Below are positions 48,021 to 55,949 of a DNA stretch of 64,000 nt, one piece after another (positions within the stretch are counted from its first letter, which is position 1; each line of letters opens with the position of its first letter). Under the pieces are notes generated by a model, which saw only the letters and a list, made by a program, of their open reading frames with translations, was not told the origin of the DNA and ran no database searches. Source of the DNA: a virus; IMG/VR virus record IMGVR_UViG_3300044608_002890; one strand, written 5' to 3'. Position numbers and translations under genes: made by a program.

Positions 48021-49036
48021 GAGCAGTAATTACGGGCGTGACCGGCCAGGATGGAGCCTATCTAGCCAAACTACTTCTAGAGAAAAACTATAAGGTCTAT
48101 GGAGCCTATAGGCGTACAAGTACTCCAAACTTTCATCGCATGCAAGAATTGAACATTCTTGATCATGAAAATTTAAAACTTGTAGAATGCGATTTGACAG
48201 ATCTAGGAAGTTGCATAAGACTTTTGGATCAGGCCAAACCCAAAGAGGTCTATAATCTTGCAGCACAGAGTTTTGTGGGAGCTAGCTTCAACAGTCCAGC
48301 AACCACAACACTCATCAATACCATGGGCCCGTTGAATTTGCTGGAAGCCATTCGTACCCTGGATCGCAAGATTAAATTCTATCAGGCCAGCACCAGTGAA
48401 ATGTTTGGCAAAGTACAGACTGTACCACAGAACGAACATACGCCTTTCTATCCTCGCAGTCCCTATGGTGTCAGCAAACTCTATGGACATTGGATTACAG
48501 TTAATTATCGAGAAAGCTATGACATTCATGCCAACAGCGGCATCTTATTCAATCATGAAAGTCCCTTGCGCGGTCTGGAATTTGTAACCAGAAAAATTAC
48601 CGATGGCCTGGCTAGAATTCACAACAGGCAACAGCAGGTGCTTAAGTTAGGGTTCCTGGATGTCAAGCGAGATTGGGGGCACGCCGAAGATTATGTCCAT
48701 GCCATGTGGCTCATGCTCCAACAATCCCAACCACGAGACTTTGTTGTATCCACTGGAACACAATACAGTGTAAGGCAATTCTGTGAAGCCAGTGCACGTG
48801 CTCTGGATTATGACCTTATCTGGGAAGGCAGCGGTGTTGACGAAGTTGGCATCAATGCCAAGTCCGGCAAAGTAGTTATTCGCATTGATCCAGAATTCTA
48901 TCGTCCAGCCGAAGTAAATACCCTGTTGGGTGATAGTTCCGAAGCTCGAAAAGTCCTGGGCTGGATGCCCAAGCATACTTTTGATAGTATGGTTACCAGC
49001 ATGGTCGAAGCTGACCTTCGACGCACTGCTAAATAA
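48017..49036 (+). CDS. gmd: GDP-mannose 4,6-dehydratase
   Basis: ITGVTGQDGAYLA, YNLAAQSFV, FYQASTSEMFG, PRSPYGVSK, ILFNHESPLRG, FVTRKI, RDWGHAEDYV. Confidence 0.96.
   Translation: MRAVITGVTGQDGAYLAKLLLEKNYKVYGAYRRTSTPNFHRMQELNILDHENLKLVECDLTDLGSCIRLLDQAKPKEVYNLAAQSFVGASFNSPATTTLINTMGPLNLLEAIRTLDRKIKFYQASTSEMFGKVQTVPQNEHTPFYPRSPYGVSKLYGHWITVNYRESYDIHANSGILFNHESPLRGLEFVTRKITDGLARIHNRQQQVLKLGFLDVKRDWGHAEDYVHAMWLMLQQSQPRDFVVSTGTQYSVRQFCEASARALDYDLIWEGSGVDEVGINAKSGKVVIRIDPEFYRPAEVNTLLGDSSEARKVLGWMPKHTFDSMVTSMVEADLRRTAK
49029..49035 (+). promoter_or_regulatory. possible late promoter variant (CTAAATA) overlapping the gmd stop
   Basis: Matches the TAAATA core and would start transcription at the structured leader of queD. 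Confidence 0.4.
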
Positions 49037-49084
49037 CAGAAGCGGCCTTAAGACGCTCATCCCGCTCTATAAATTCTGCGTGTC
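49037..49084 (+). ncRNA. candidate cis-regulatory pseudoknot / riboswitch-like leader of queD-yhhQ
   Basis: AGCGG (49041-45) pairs with CCGCT (49062-66). An A-rich TATAAA linker follows, then GCGTGTC (49078-84), which can pair with loop GACGC (49052-56). CAGAA/TTCTG is an alternative pairing. Confidence 0.35.
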
Positions 49085-49110
49085 ATCAAACTTACTCCAA
49101 GAGGCAAGAG

Positions 49111-49617
49111 ATGGCTTTAATAAATACATCACATCCTTACAAATACGTTAGTACCAAAGAATATCATGATGCATTTCCCTGCGCATATCGCCAATGGCGA
49201 GCCGACAGTCATTGCAACATGATTCATGGTTATAGTTTTAGCATGAAATTTTACTTTGGTACCGATGATCTCGATGTTCGTAACTGGGCAGCTGATTATG
49301 GCGGCCTAAAAGAACTAAAAAAGATTCTCGAAGACCAATTCGATCATACCCTGTTGGTTGCCGAAGATGATCCTGAACTAGAAACCTTTAAACTCCTGCA
49401 AGCCAAGAAGATGGCTAAACTAACTATACTACCAAGACTGGGTTGTGAAGGTTTGGCTGATATGTTATATAAGTATGTCAATGGTGTTTATATACCAGAT
49501 ATGTGGGGCCTGGGCGAACACAATCGCTTATGGTGTTTCCGAGTAGAAGTTCGCGAAACACAAGCCAACATGGCCTATCGTGAAGGTCACAGACATTGGA
49601 ACGAACAACTACTCTAA
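49111..49617 (+). CDS. queD: QueD-like 6-carboxy-tetrahydropterin synthase (divergent)
   Basis: CAYRQWRADSHCNMIHGYS..DYGGLKELK..FDHTLLVAEDDP..GCEGLA..EVRETQANMA. Confidence 0.8.
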   Translation: MALINTSHPYKYVSTKEYHDAFPCAYRQWRADSHCNMIHGYSFSMKFYFGTDDLDVRNWAADYGGLKELKKILEDQFDHTLLVAEDDPELETFKLLQAKKMAKLTILPRLGCEGLADMLYKYVNGVYIPDMWGLGEHNRLWCFRVEVRETQANMAYREGHRHWNEQLL

Positions 49618-49626
49618 GGAACCATT

Positions 49627-50250
49627 ATGCTCAGTAAATTATTAGACGGTGTAGATCGAAGTTTAGTATATAAGTTGATGGCAGCTCATGTCATCATCAT
49701 AGCCATTAGCAATTACATAGTTCAGTTCAAGATCGATGTCCTGGGGCATCCTCTGGCTCTGGCTGCGTTTACTTTCCCTCTGGTTGTTGTTCTTACTGAC
49801 CTAACAGTTAGGTTGCTGGGCAAACAGACCGGTAGAGCTGTCATTGGTCTGGCGTTCATCCCTGCTATCCTGGTCAGCATGGCTGTTGTTAAACTAGGCG
49901 GCGCACCAGACTCAGTGGCATTCAGAATTGGCTTGGGCAGTGGCATGGCCTATTTTGTAAGCAATCTGCTGGATGTCTATGTGTTCCAATACTTCAGAGA
50001 AAAGTATACATCATGGTGGATTGCTCCTGCTTTAAGTTGCATAGTCAGTACTTTTATTGACACCTATGTATTCTTCTTTACGGCCTTTGCCTATGGCGCC
50101 AACGAATTCATGGCAGCAAATTGGCACATTGTAGCGACCAACAATAGTTGGGCAAAGATTTTAGTCAGCCTCCTGGTCATTTTACCATCATATGGCATCT
50201 TGCTGAGCCATTTGCAAAAGAAATTGAGCCATGAGCAAGCAACAGCATAA
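49627..50250 (+). CDS. yhhQ: YhhQ / VUT-family preQ0 (queuosine precursor) transporter
   Basis: Multi-TM protein: ISNYIVQF..AAFTFPLVVVLTDLTVRLLG..FRIGLGSGMAYFVSNLLDVYVF..STFIDTYVFF. Confidence 0.88.
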   Translation: MLSKLLDGVDRSLVYKLMAAHVIIIAISNYIVQFKIDVLGHPLALAAFTFPLVVVLTDLTVRLLGKQTGRAVIGLAFIPAILVSMAVVKLGGAPDSVAFRIGLGSGMAYFVSNLLDVYVFQYFREKYTSWWIAPALSCIVSTFIDTYVFFFTAFAYGANEFMAANWHIVATNNSWAKILVSLLVILPSYGILLSHLQKKLSHEQATA

Positions 50251-50584
50251 CGTTAAATGGGAACGTTACGACACCATTAACTTTGTTGCTGACCAAGAAG
50301 TTTTGGTCAGCAATACCCGTGAGTACGTTGATCGTGCCTATGATTTTTGTCGTAACAATAACATAGACAATCCTTCGGCCATCATAAGTTGTGCAATCAT
50401 GACGGCTGCTTGGGTGTATAGCAACATGGGCTATGTTCTGAGCAAAGGCATCATACCAGACATTCTGGGTCTCAAAGAATATGAACCCAATCCCAATGCC
50501 GTCATACATCTAAGCAAGAAGTACCAGGATATGTCGCACGATGAATTGCTGGCATGTGTCATAGAAGCTTTTTATGAAGGATAA
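50231..50584 (+). CDS. hypothetical protein
   Basis: 117-aa ORF overlapping the end of yhhQ; no recognised motif. Confidence 0.55.
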   Translation: MSKQQHNVKWERYDTINFVADQEVLVSNTREYVDRAYDFCRNNNIDNPSAIISCAIMTAAWVYSNMGYVLSKGIIPDILGLKEYEPNPNAVIHLSKKYQDMSHDELLACVIEAFYEG

Positions 50585-50589
50585 AGATC

Positions 50590-51762
50590 ATGAAAGTACT
50601 CGTAGTAGGTGCTGGTATTACGGGTGTGATGTTGGCATACTATGCCTACAAAAAGGGCTTTGATGTTACCATAGTAGACCAACACGGCATAGCTACCAAG
50701 TGTAGTTATGCCAACGGTGGTCAAATCAGTGTATGCAATAGTCAGGTTTGGAATACCTGGAGTAACTTGGCCAAAGCCATAACCTGGCTAGGTCGAGAAA
50801 ATGCTCCATTGTTGATTAGGCCTGATCTTGATCTAGAAAAATATTCTTGGCTCATGAAATTCTCCCGGGAAATCATCATGGGCACAGCCGATGTCAATAC
50901 AGCTCGCACCATAGATCTTGGCCTACAGAGTCGCAAACTGTATGCTGAAATCATGCTGGAAATAGACAAACTTGAACAGCTAAGCAACATAGAATACAAT
51001 GGCATCCTGCACATCTATACTGATCTTGCAGACTACAAACAGGCTCTAAATCGAACTACATTCTTCAAAAATCTAGGACTGTCCTGGCAAGACGTGCCAG
51101 CCAGCAAACTTAGCAAAATAGAACCTTCGCTCATAGGGTTCGGCAGTAACTTGATGGGTGGAATTTTTACGCCCGAAGATTTTACTGGTGACATACATAG
51201 ATTCTGTGTGCATGTTCTTACCTGGCTACAGGCCAAGGGCGTAAGATACATACCTGCCATGATAAGCACCAAAGATGAATTGCTGGATAAGTTTCCAAGC
51301 AACTTTTACATATTGAGCACTGGAACCGAACTTCAACAGCAGGCTCAATGGTTTGATACTAATTTGGATATCTATCCAGTCAAAGGATATAGCCTAACCA
51401 TTGAAGCTCCAGCCAACAACATACCTAAGGTCAGCCTGCTTGATGAAAAGGCCAAGATCGTAAGCAGCAGATTGGGCAATAGATTTCGTGTAGCCGGTAC
51501 CGCAGAGTTTACTGGGCACAATGATGCCATTAATTCAAATCGTCTTAAACCTTTGTATGCATGGGTGCAAAAGAACTTTTCGCTTATAGATACTAGTAAG
51601 GCCAAGGAATGGGCCTGTCTAAGACCCATGCGTCCCAACATGTTGCCTGTGTGGGGCAAATTCAAATCTAGTAGCAATGTATTTTATCATGGCGGTCATG
51701 GACATTTGGGCTGGACTCTGGCACCCGCAACTGCAAAGAATTTAATTGATCAACTATTATGA
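50590..51762 (+). CDS. FAD-dependent oxidoreductase, D-amino acid dehydrogenase (DadA)-like
   Basis: VVGAGITG dinucleotide-binding motif, SYANGG, PVKGYSLT, RVAGTAEF, WACLRPM, GHGHLGWTL. Confidence 0.88.
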   Translation: MKVLVVGAGITGVMLAYYAYKKGFDVTIVDQHGIATKCSYANGGQISVCNSQVWNTWSNLAKAITWLGRENAPLLIRPDLDLEKYSWLMKFSREIIMGTADVNTARTIDLGLQSRKLYAEIMLEIDKLEQLSNIEYNGILHIYTDLADYKQALNRTTFFKNLGLSWQDVPASKLSKIEPSLIGFGSNLMGGIFTPEDFTGDIHRFCVHVLTWLQAKGVRYIPAMISTKDELLDKFPSNFYILSTGTELQQQAQWFDTNLDIYPVKGYSLTIEAPANNIPKVSLLDEKAKIVSSRLGNRFRVAGTAEFTGHNDAINSNRLKPLYAWVQKNFSLIDTSKAKEWACLRPMRPNMLPVWGKFKSSSNVFYHGGHGHLGWTLAPATAKNLIDQLL

Positions 51763-52817
51763 AAATTGCCTTGATTACGGACACCCATTTCGGTGCCCGA
51801 AGTGATAATCTGACCTTTGATGGCTTCTTTAGGGACTTTTATACACATGTATTTTTTCCGACGCTCGAAAAAAACAACATCGACACCATCATACACCTGG
51901 GTGATATCTTTGATCGTCGCAAGTATATCAATTTTAATACCCTAAAAAATTGTCGTGAATATTTCTTCGACGAACTACAGCGTCGTGGAATCTTCATGCA
52001 TCTGCTGGTAGGCAATCACGATACCTTCTTTAAGAACACCAACGACGTAAACAGTCCAGGCTTGTTGCTGGACAGTTACGACAACATCAAATGCTACGCA
52101 GAACCTTTTGAGTTGGTAGGACTCAAAGACAACATCTTGCTCATGCCCTGGATTTGTTCTGATAACTATCAGCAGTGCATGGACATGATTGAACGCACCG
52201 AAGCCAAACGATTGTTCGGTCATTTGGAAATAGCAGGCTTTGTCATGCATCGTGGTCAGGAAAGCGAAGGTGGCTTTGACCCCAAAATCTTTGCCAAGTT
52301 TGAACAGGTTTTTAGCGGGCACTTTCATCATCGCAGCACCAAGGGCAACATTACCTATCTGGGCAATCCCTATGAAATGACCTGGAATGATTATGATGAT
52401 CCGCGAGGGTTTCATCTTTACGATACCAAAACACATGAACTTGAGTTCATAGAAAACCCTTATAGAATGTTTCATAGAATCGTCTATGATGATAGCAACG
52501 ACATCAACAAGAACATGGAACTTAGTAACCTGAAAGAACGCATGGTGAAATTAGTGGTTGCCAACAAGACAGATTTTTCGGAATTCGATAGGTTTGTGGA
52601 TCGACTCTATGCACAGAATCCCTTAGAATTAAAAATCATCGAAGACTTTTCAGAGTTTGAATCCGAAGCACTAGACGAAGAAAATTTAAATCTCGAAGAT
52701 ACCATGACACTGTTAAGTCAATACGTAGACAGTCTAGAGACCGATGCCAACAAGGATCGCATAAAAACCATTCTAAAAACTCTATATGTCGAAGCACAGG
52801 ATTATGAAGGCGCATGA
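51759..52817 (+). CDS. gp47: recombination endonuclease gp47 (Mre11/SbcD-like)
   Basis: ITDTHFG, HLGDIFD, VGNHD, FGHLE, SGHFH, YLGNPYE. Confidence 0.96.
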   Translation: MKIALITDTHFGARSDNLTFDGFFRDFYTHVFFPTLEKNNIDTIIHLGDIFDRRKYINFNTLKNCREYFFDELQRRGIFMHLLVGNHDTFFKNTNDVNSPGLLLDSYDNIKCYAEPFELVGLKDNILLMPWICSDNYQQCMDMIERTEAKRLFGHLEIAGFVMHRGQESEGGFDPKIFAKFEQVFSGHFHHRSTKGNITYLGNPYEMTWNDYDDPRGFHLYDTKTHELEFIENPYRMFHRIVYDDSNDINKNMELSNLKERMVKLVVANKTDFSEFDRFVDRLYAQNPLELKIIEDFSEFESEALDEENLNLEDTMTLLSQYVDSLETDANKDRIKTILKTLYVEAQDYEGA

Positions 52818-54529
52818 TAAAATTTTCCAAAATACGCTGGCGAAACTTTCTAAGTACTGGCAGTAACTTTACTGAGATACAACTAAATCGCAGTCCTAGC
52901 ACTCTGATCATAGGTGAGAATGGAGCCGGTAAAAGCACCATATTGGATGCCATTTGTTTTGCATTGTTCGGAAAACCCTTTCGCAGCATCAACAAGCCAC
53001 AGCTGGTAAACAGCATCAACGGTAAAAATTGCGAAGTAGAAATAGAATTCAGCATAGGCAGAAAAAACTATAGCATTGTTCGTGGCATCAAGCCTGCGAT
53101 TTTTGAAATTACCTGTGATGGTGAAGTGCTTAATCAGGATGCTGCCAGCCGGGACTATCAAAAGATTCTCGAAGAACAAATACTAAAATTAAACTATAAG
53201 TCTTTCACACAGATTGTCATACTAGGCAGTGCCAGCTTTACACCCTTCATGCAGTTGCCACCATCGCACAGACGCGAAATCATCGAAGACATTTTGGATA
53301 TTCAGATCTTTACGGTCATGAATACTGTGCTAAAAGATAAAATAAGCATTGTCAAGGACAGCATCAAAACCATTGATGGTCAGATCGAAGTAGGCAAGCA
53401 AAAAGTCAAAGTTCAAGGCGAGTATGTAAAAAAGTTAGAAGATGACAAAAAGAAACGAGAAGCAGATGCAAACCTGGCCATCACCGAATCACAAGCAACT
53501 ATTAATAGATTACAACAAGAGGCAGCGCAGCTGGCTGAAAATCTACAGACTCTCAAAGAATCAACAGCGGACGAGTCAACTGTCTCGCAAAGAAGAACTG
53601 AGATGGTTACTTTACTTAAATCACTCAATCAGCGTATCAACTCTGCCAGGGATCAGATTACCTTCTACGAGGAACATGATAATTGTCCAACATGCGCTCA
53701 GCTTCTTACTGGAGAGCTTAAGTCTACAGCGATTGAGAAACACTCGCATAAAATCGAAGAAATCAACGCGGCACTTGATTCCCTTAACCATAAAATCTCA
53801 GAAGTTGAAGCAAGAATTGATGCAATATCTGCTATCAAAAACACGATTGCCGATGTACAGGATTCGATCGTTGACATCAACAGTAAAATTATCAGCGAGC
53901 AAACCTTTATCCGTAAGATACAGACTGAAGCAGAGAAATCGGTTGATACAGAAAACAGTTTGGATAGCGCTAAATCAACCCTCAAAGAACTTGCCAAAGA
54001 AGTTGTATCGGCGTCAGAAAGTAAAAGTAAGTTCCGCGAGGACTCGTATTATCTTGAAGCCTGTGCCACGTTACTCAAGGATACTGGAATCAAAACTAGA
54101 ATTATAAAACAGTATCTGCCCGTAATCAACAAGCTGGTAAATAAATATCTAGCAGCCATGGACTTCTTTGTGAGCTTTGAGTTGGATGAAACCTTCAAAG
54201 AAGTCATTCGCAGTCGTCACCGAGACGATTTTAGCTATGCCAGCTTTAGTGAAGGGGAAAAGCAACGCATTGACCTTGCTCTCCTATTCACCTGGCGTAC
54301 CATAGCCAAGATGAAGAACAGTGCAGCCACCAACCTTCTCATACTCGATGAAGTATTCGATTCTAGTCTTGACAACAACGGTACTGATTACGTCATGGGT
54401 CTTTTGAACACTCTGGGCGAAGAAACCAATACATTTGTCATTAGCCATAAAGGTGATCAGCTCTTTGATAAGTTTAGAAGTCTGATCAAATTCGAAAAAC
54501 ACCAAAATTTTAGCCAGATGAAATTATGA
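52814..54529 (+). CDS. gp46: recombination ATPase gp46 (Rad50/SbcC-like)
   Basis: GENGAGKST, CPTC zinc hook, FSEGEKQRIDLAL signature, LILDEVFD, VISH. Confidence 0.97.
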   Translation: MIKFSKIRWRNFLSTGSNFTEIQLNRSPSTLIIGENGAGKSTILDAICFALFGKPFRSINKPQLVNSINGKNCEVEIEFSIGRKNYSIVRGIKPAIFEITCDGEVLNQDAASRDYQKILEEQILKLNYKSFTQIVILGSASFTPFMQLPPSHRREIIEDILDIQIFTVMNTVLKDKISIVKDSIKTIDGQIEVGKQKVKVQGEYVKKLEDDKKKREADANLAITESQATINRLQQEAAQLAENLQTLKESTADESTVSQRRTEMVTLLKSLNQRINSARDQITFYEEHDNCPTCAQLLTGELKSTAIEKHSHKIEEINAALDSLNHKISEVEARIDAISAIKNTIADVQDSIVDINSKIISEQTFIRKIQTEAEKSVDTENSLDSAKSTLKELAKEVVSASESKSKFREDSYYLEACATLLKDTGIKTRIIKQYLPVINKLVNKYLAAMDFFVSFELDETFKEVIRSRHRDDFSYASFSEGEKQRIDLALLFTWRTIAKMKNSAATNLLILDEVFDSSLDNNGTDYVMGLLNTLGEETNTFVISHKGDQLFDKFRSLIKFEKHQNFSQMKL

Positions 54530-55116
54530 TTATAATCCGTAAAGACCTAATCAACATTGTTGATCCTGCTAGCGACATCATGCGTACTCCCTTGCAGGAC
54601 TTTAATTTTGATGAACACGCTCAAGCTGAAATCGACATGATGGTAAATGTTCTAACCAATAAAATGGTAGAGCTTGGTGGTGTTGGTCTTAGTGCCAACC
54701 AGGTTGGTTTGCCATATAGAGTGTTCGTCATGGGCATCAAAGAATATCATGGAGCATTTTTCAATCCTCGAATCATTGAAACCATTGGTGAGCCCCAGGC
54801 TTTCAAGGAAGGTTGTCTAAGTTATCCCGGCCTGTTCATGTACATCAAACGTCCAGATTCAGTGCGTGTAGGTTATCAGAATCAACGAGGAGAGCATCGT
54901 GAAACTACATTTTCAGGTTTGACGGCAAGAATTTTTCAACATGAATATGATCATATGGAAGGCAGAGATTTTACCATGGGCGCTAGCAAGCTAAAAATGA
55001 AAATGGCCAAGGATCGATACGAAAAGAAAAAGAAGCAACTAATCAGGCAACATGCCATAGCCACCATGCGAAAGGCCATCGAAGATGGACACCAAGAAAA
55101 TACTAAAGCAGTATGA
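54526..55116 (+). CDS. def: peptide deformylase
   Basis: All three motifs present: GVGLSANQVG, EGCLS, QHEYDH. Confidence 0.93.
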   Translation: MIIIRKDLINIVDPASDIMRTPLQDFNFDEHAQAEIDMMVNVLTNKMVELGGVGLSANQVGLPYRVFVMGIKEYHGAFFNPRIIETIGEPQAFKEGCLSYPGLFMYIKRPDSVRVGYQNQRGEHRETTFSGLTARIFQHEYDHMEGRDFTMGASKLKMKMAKDRYEKKKKQLIRQHAIATMRKAIEDGHQENTKAV

Positions 55117-55360
55117 AGAACATGACTTCGGTTTCACGACCGAAGACGACCTCGAAGAAAAATTAGACAATCTTCATGGTCAATATCTGGACGAAGTGTC
55201 GGCTCTCAAGGCCGACATTCAACAATTAGAAAAGTTAATCATGCCCTTGCTGGTCAATCTCATGAAGAACCCCGACAAGCCTACCATTAAATGGCCTAAT
55301 CGCAAGGAACAGATCGAAGGGCAAATTGAGAAAATCCTAGCCATAACGAGGAAATCATGA
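55085..55360 (+). CDS. hypothetical protein
   Basis: DFGFTTED..IMPLLVNLMKNPDKPTIKWPNR, a type of ORF seen in T4-like phages. Confidence 0.6.
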   Translation: MDTKKILKQYEEHDFGFTTEDDLEEKLDNLHGQYLDEVSALKADIQQLEKLIMPLLVNLMKNPDKPTIKWPNRKEQIEGQIEKILAITRKS

Positions 55361-55557
55361 ATCACGAAGTTGAAAAATACGAAGGTGAACTAAGGGAATT
55401 ACGCGAACAAGTAAGAATGTTATGCACAGAAAACAAGGACTATGTTCTCATAGCTGCCAACAAAAAAATGATAAGGTACAATTCTAATCGTCCTATCAAA
55501 CAAATTTTAGCTGACTTGCCCTATGAAGTCACCGAGGTTTATGCGAGGATCCTATAA
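55357..55557 (+). CDS. hypothetical protein
   Basis: 66 aa, coupled by start/stop overlaps on both sides. Confidence 0.5.
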   Translation: MNHEVEKYEGELRELREQVRMLCTENKDYVLIAANKKMIRYNSNRPIKQILADLPYEVTEVYARIL

Positions 55558-55877
55558 TGGCAAATCAATTATTGATGTGGGATCTGGATCATGGTACTAA
55601 GGTTACATATGAAACTTTGGCCATCAAAGGAAGCATGCAGACTGTTGAGTACTATCTTAGTAATACGCAATTAGTACAGTTTGAAGATGATGATGAAGCC
55701 AAACGCTATGTAAAGGAGGAGCTTGCCAAGCTTGTAGCTAAACAGATCATGGAAAACCAAGATTTGGTTAGCTTTGTAAAATCCGAAGATTATAACCAGG
55801 GCATAACCAGGTACAAGGCAAGGTTTTGTTTGGTACCTGGAGAAATGGTTCAAGAAATGATAAAGTTAAAACATTGA
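55557..55877 (+). CDS. hypothetical protein
   Basis: 106 aa, TAATG overlap with the upstream ORF. Confidence 0.5.
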   Translation: MANQLLMWDLDHGTKVTYETLAIKGSMQTVEYYLSNTQLVQFEDDDEAKRYVKEELAKLVAKQIMENQDLVSFVKSEDYNQGITRYKARFCLVPGEMVQEMIKLKH

Positions 55878-55898
55878 TTTCAAAGCAGAAAATAGTGC

Positions 55899-55927
55899 TT
55901 GACTCTAGGTTGCAAAGGTGCTAGAAT
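55899..55927 (+). promoter_or_regulatory. sigma70-type (early) promoter TTGACT-17 bp-TAGAAT with extended -10 TG
   Basis: Intergenic, upstream of AAGGAG and ATG 55950; near-identical architecture to the 58166 promoter. Confidence 0.8.
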
Positions 55928-55949
55928 AGCAGTATAGTAAGGAGAACAC

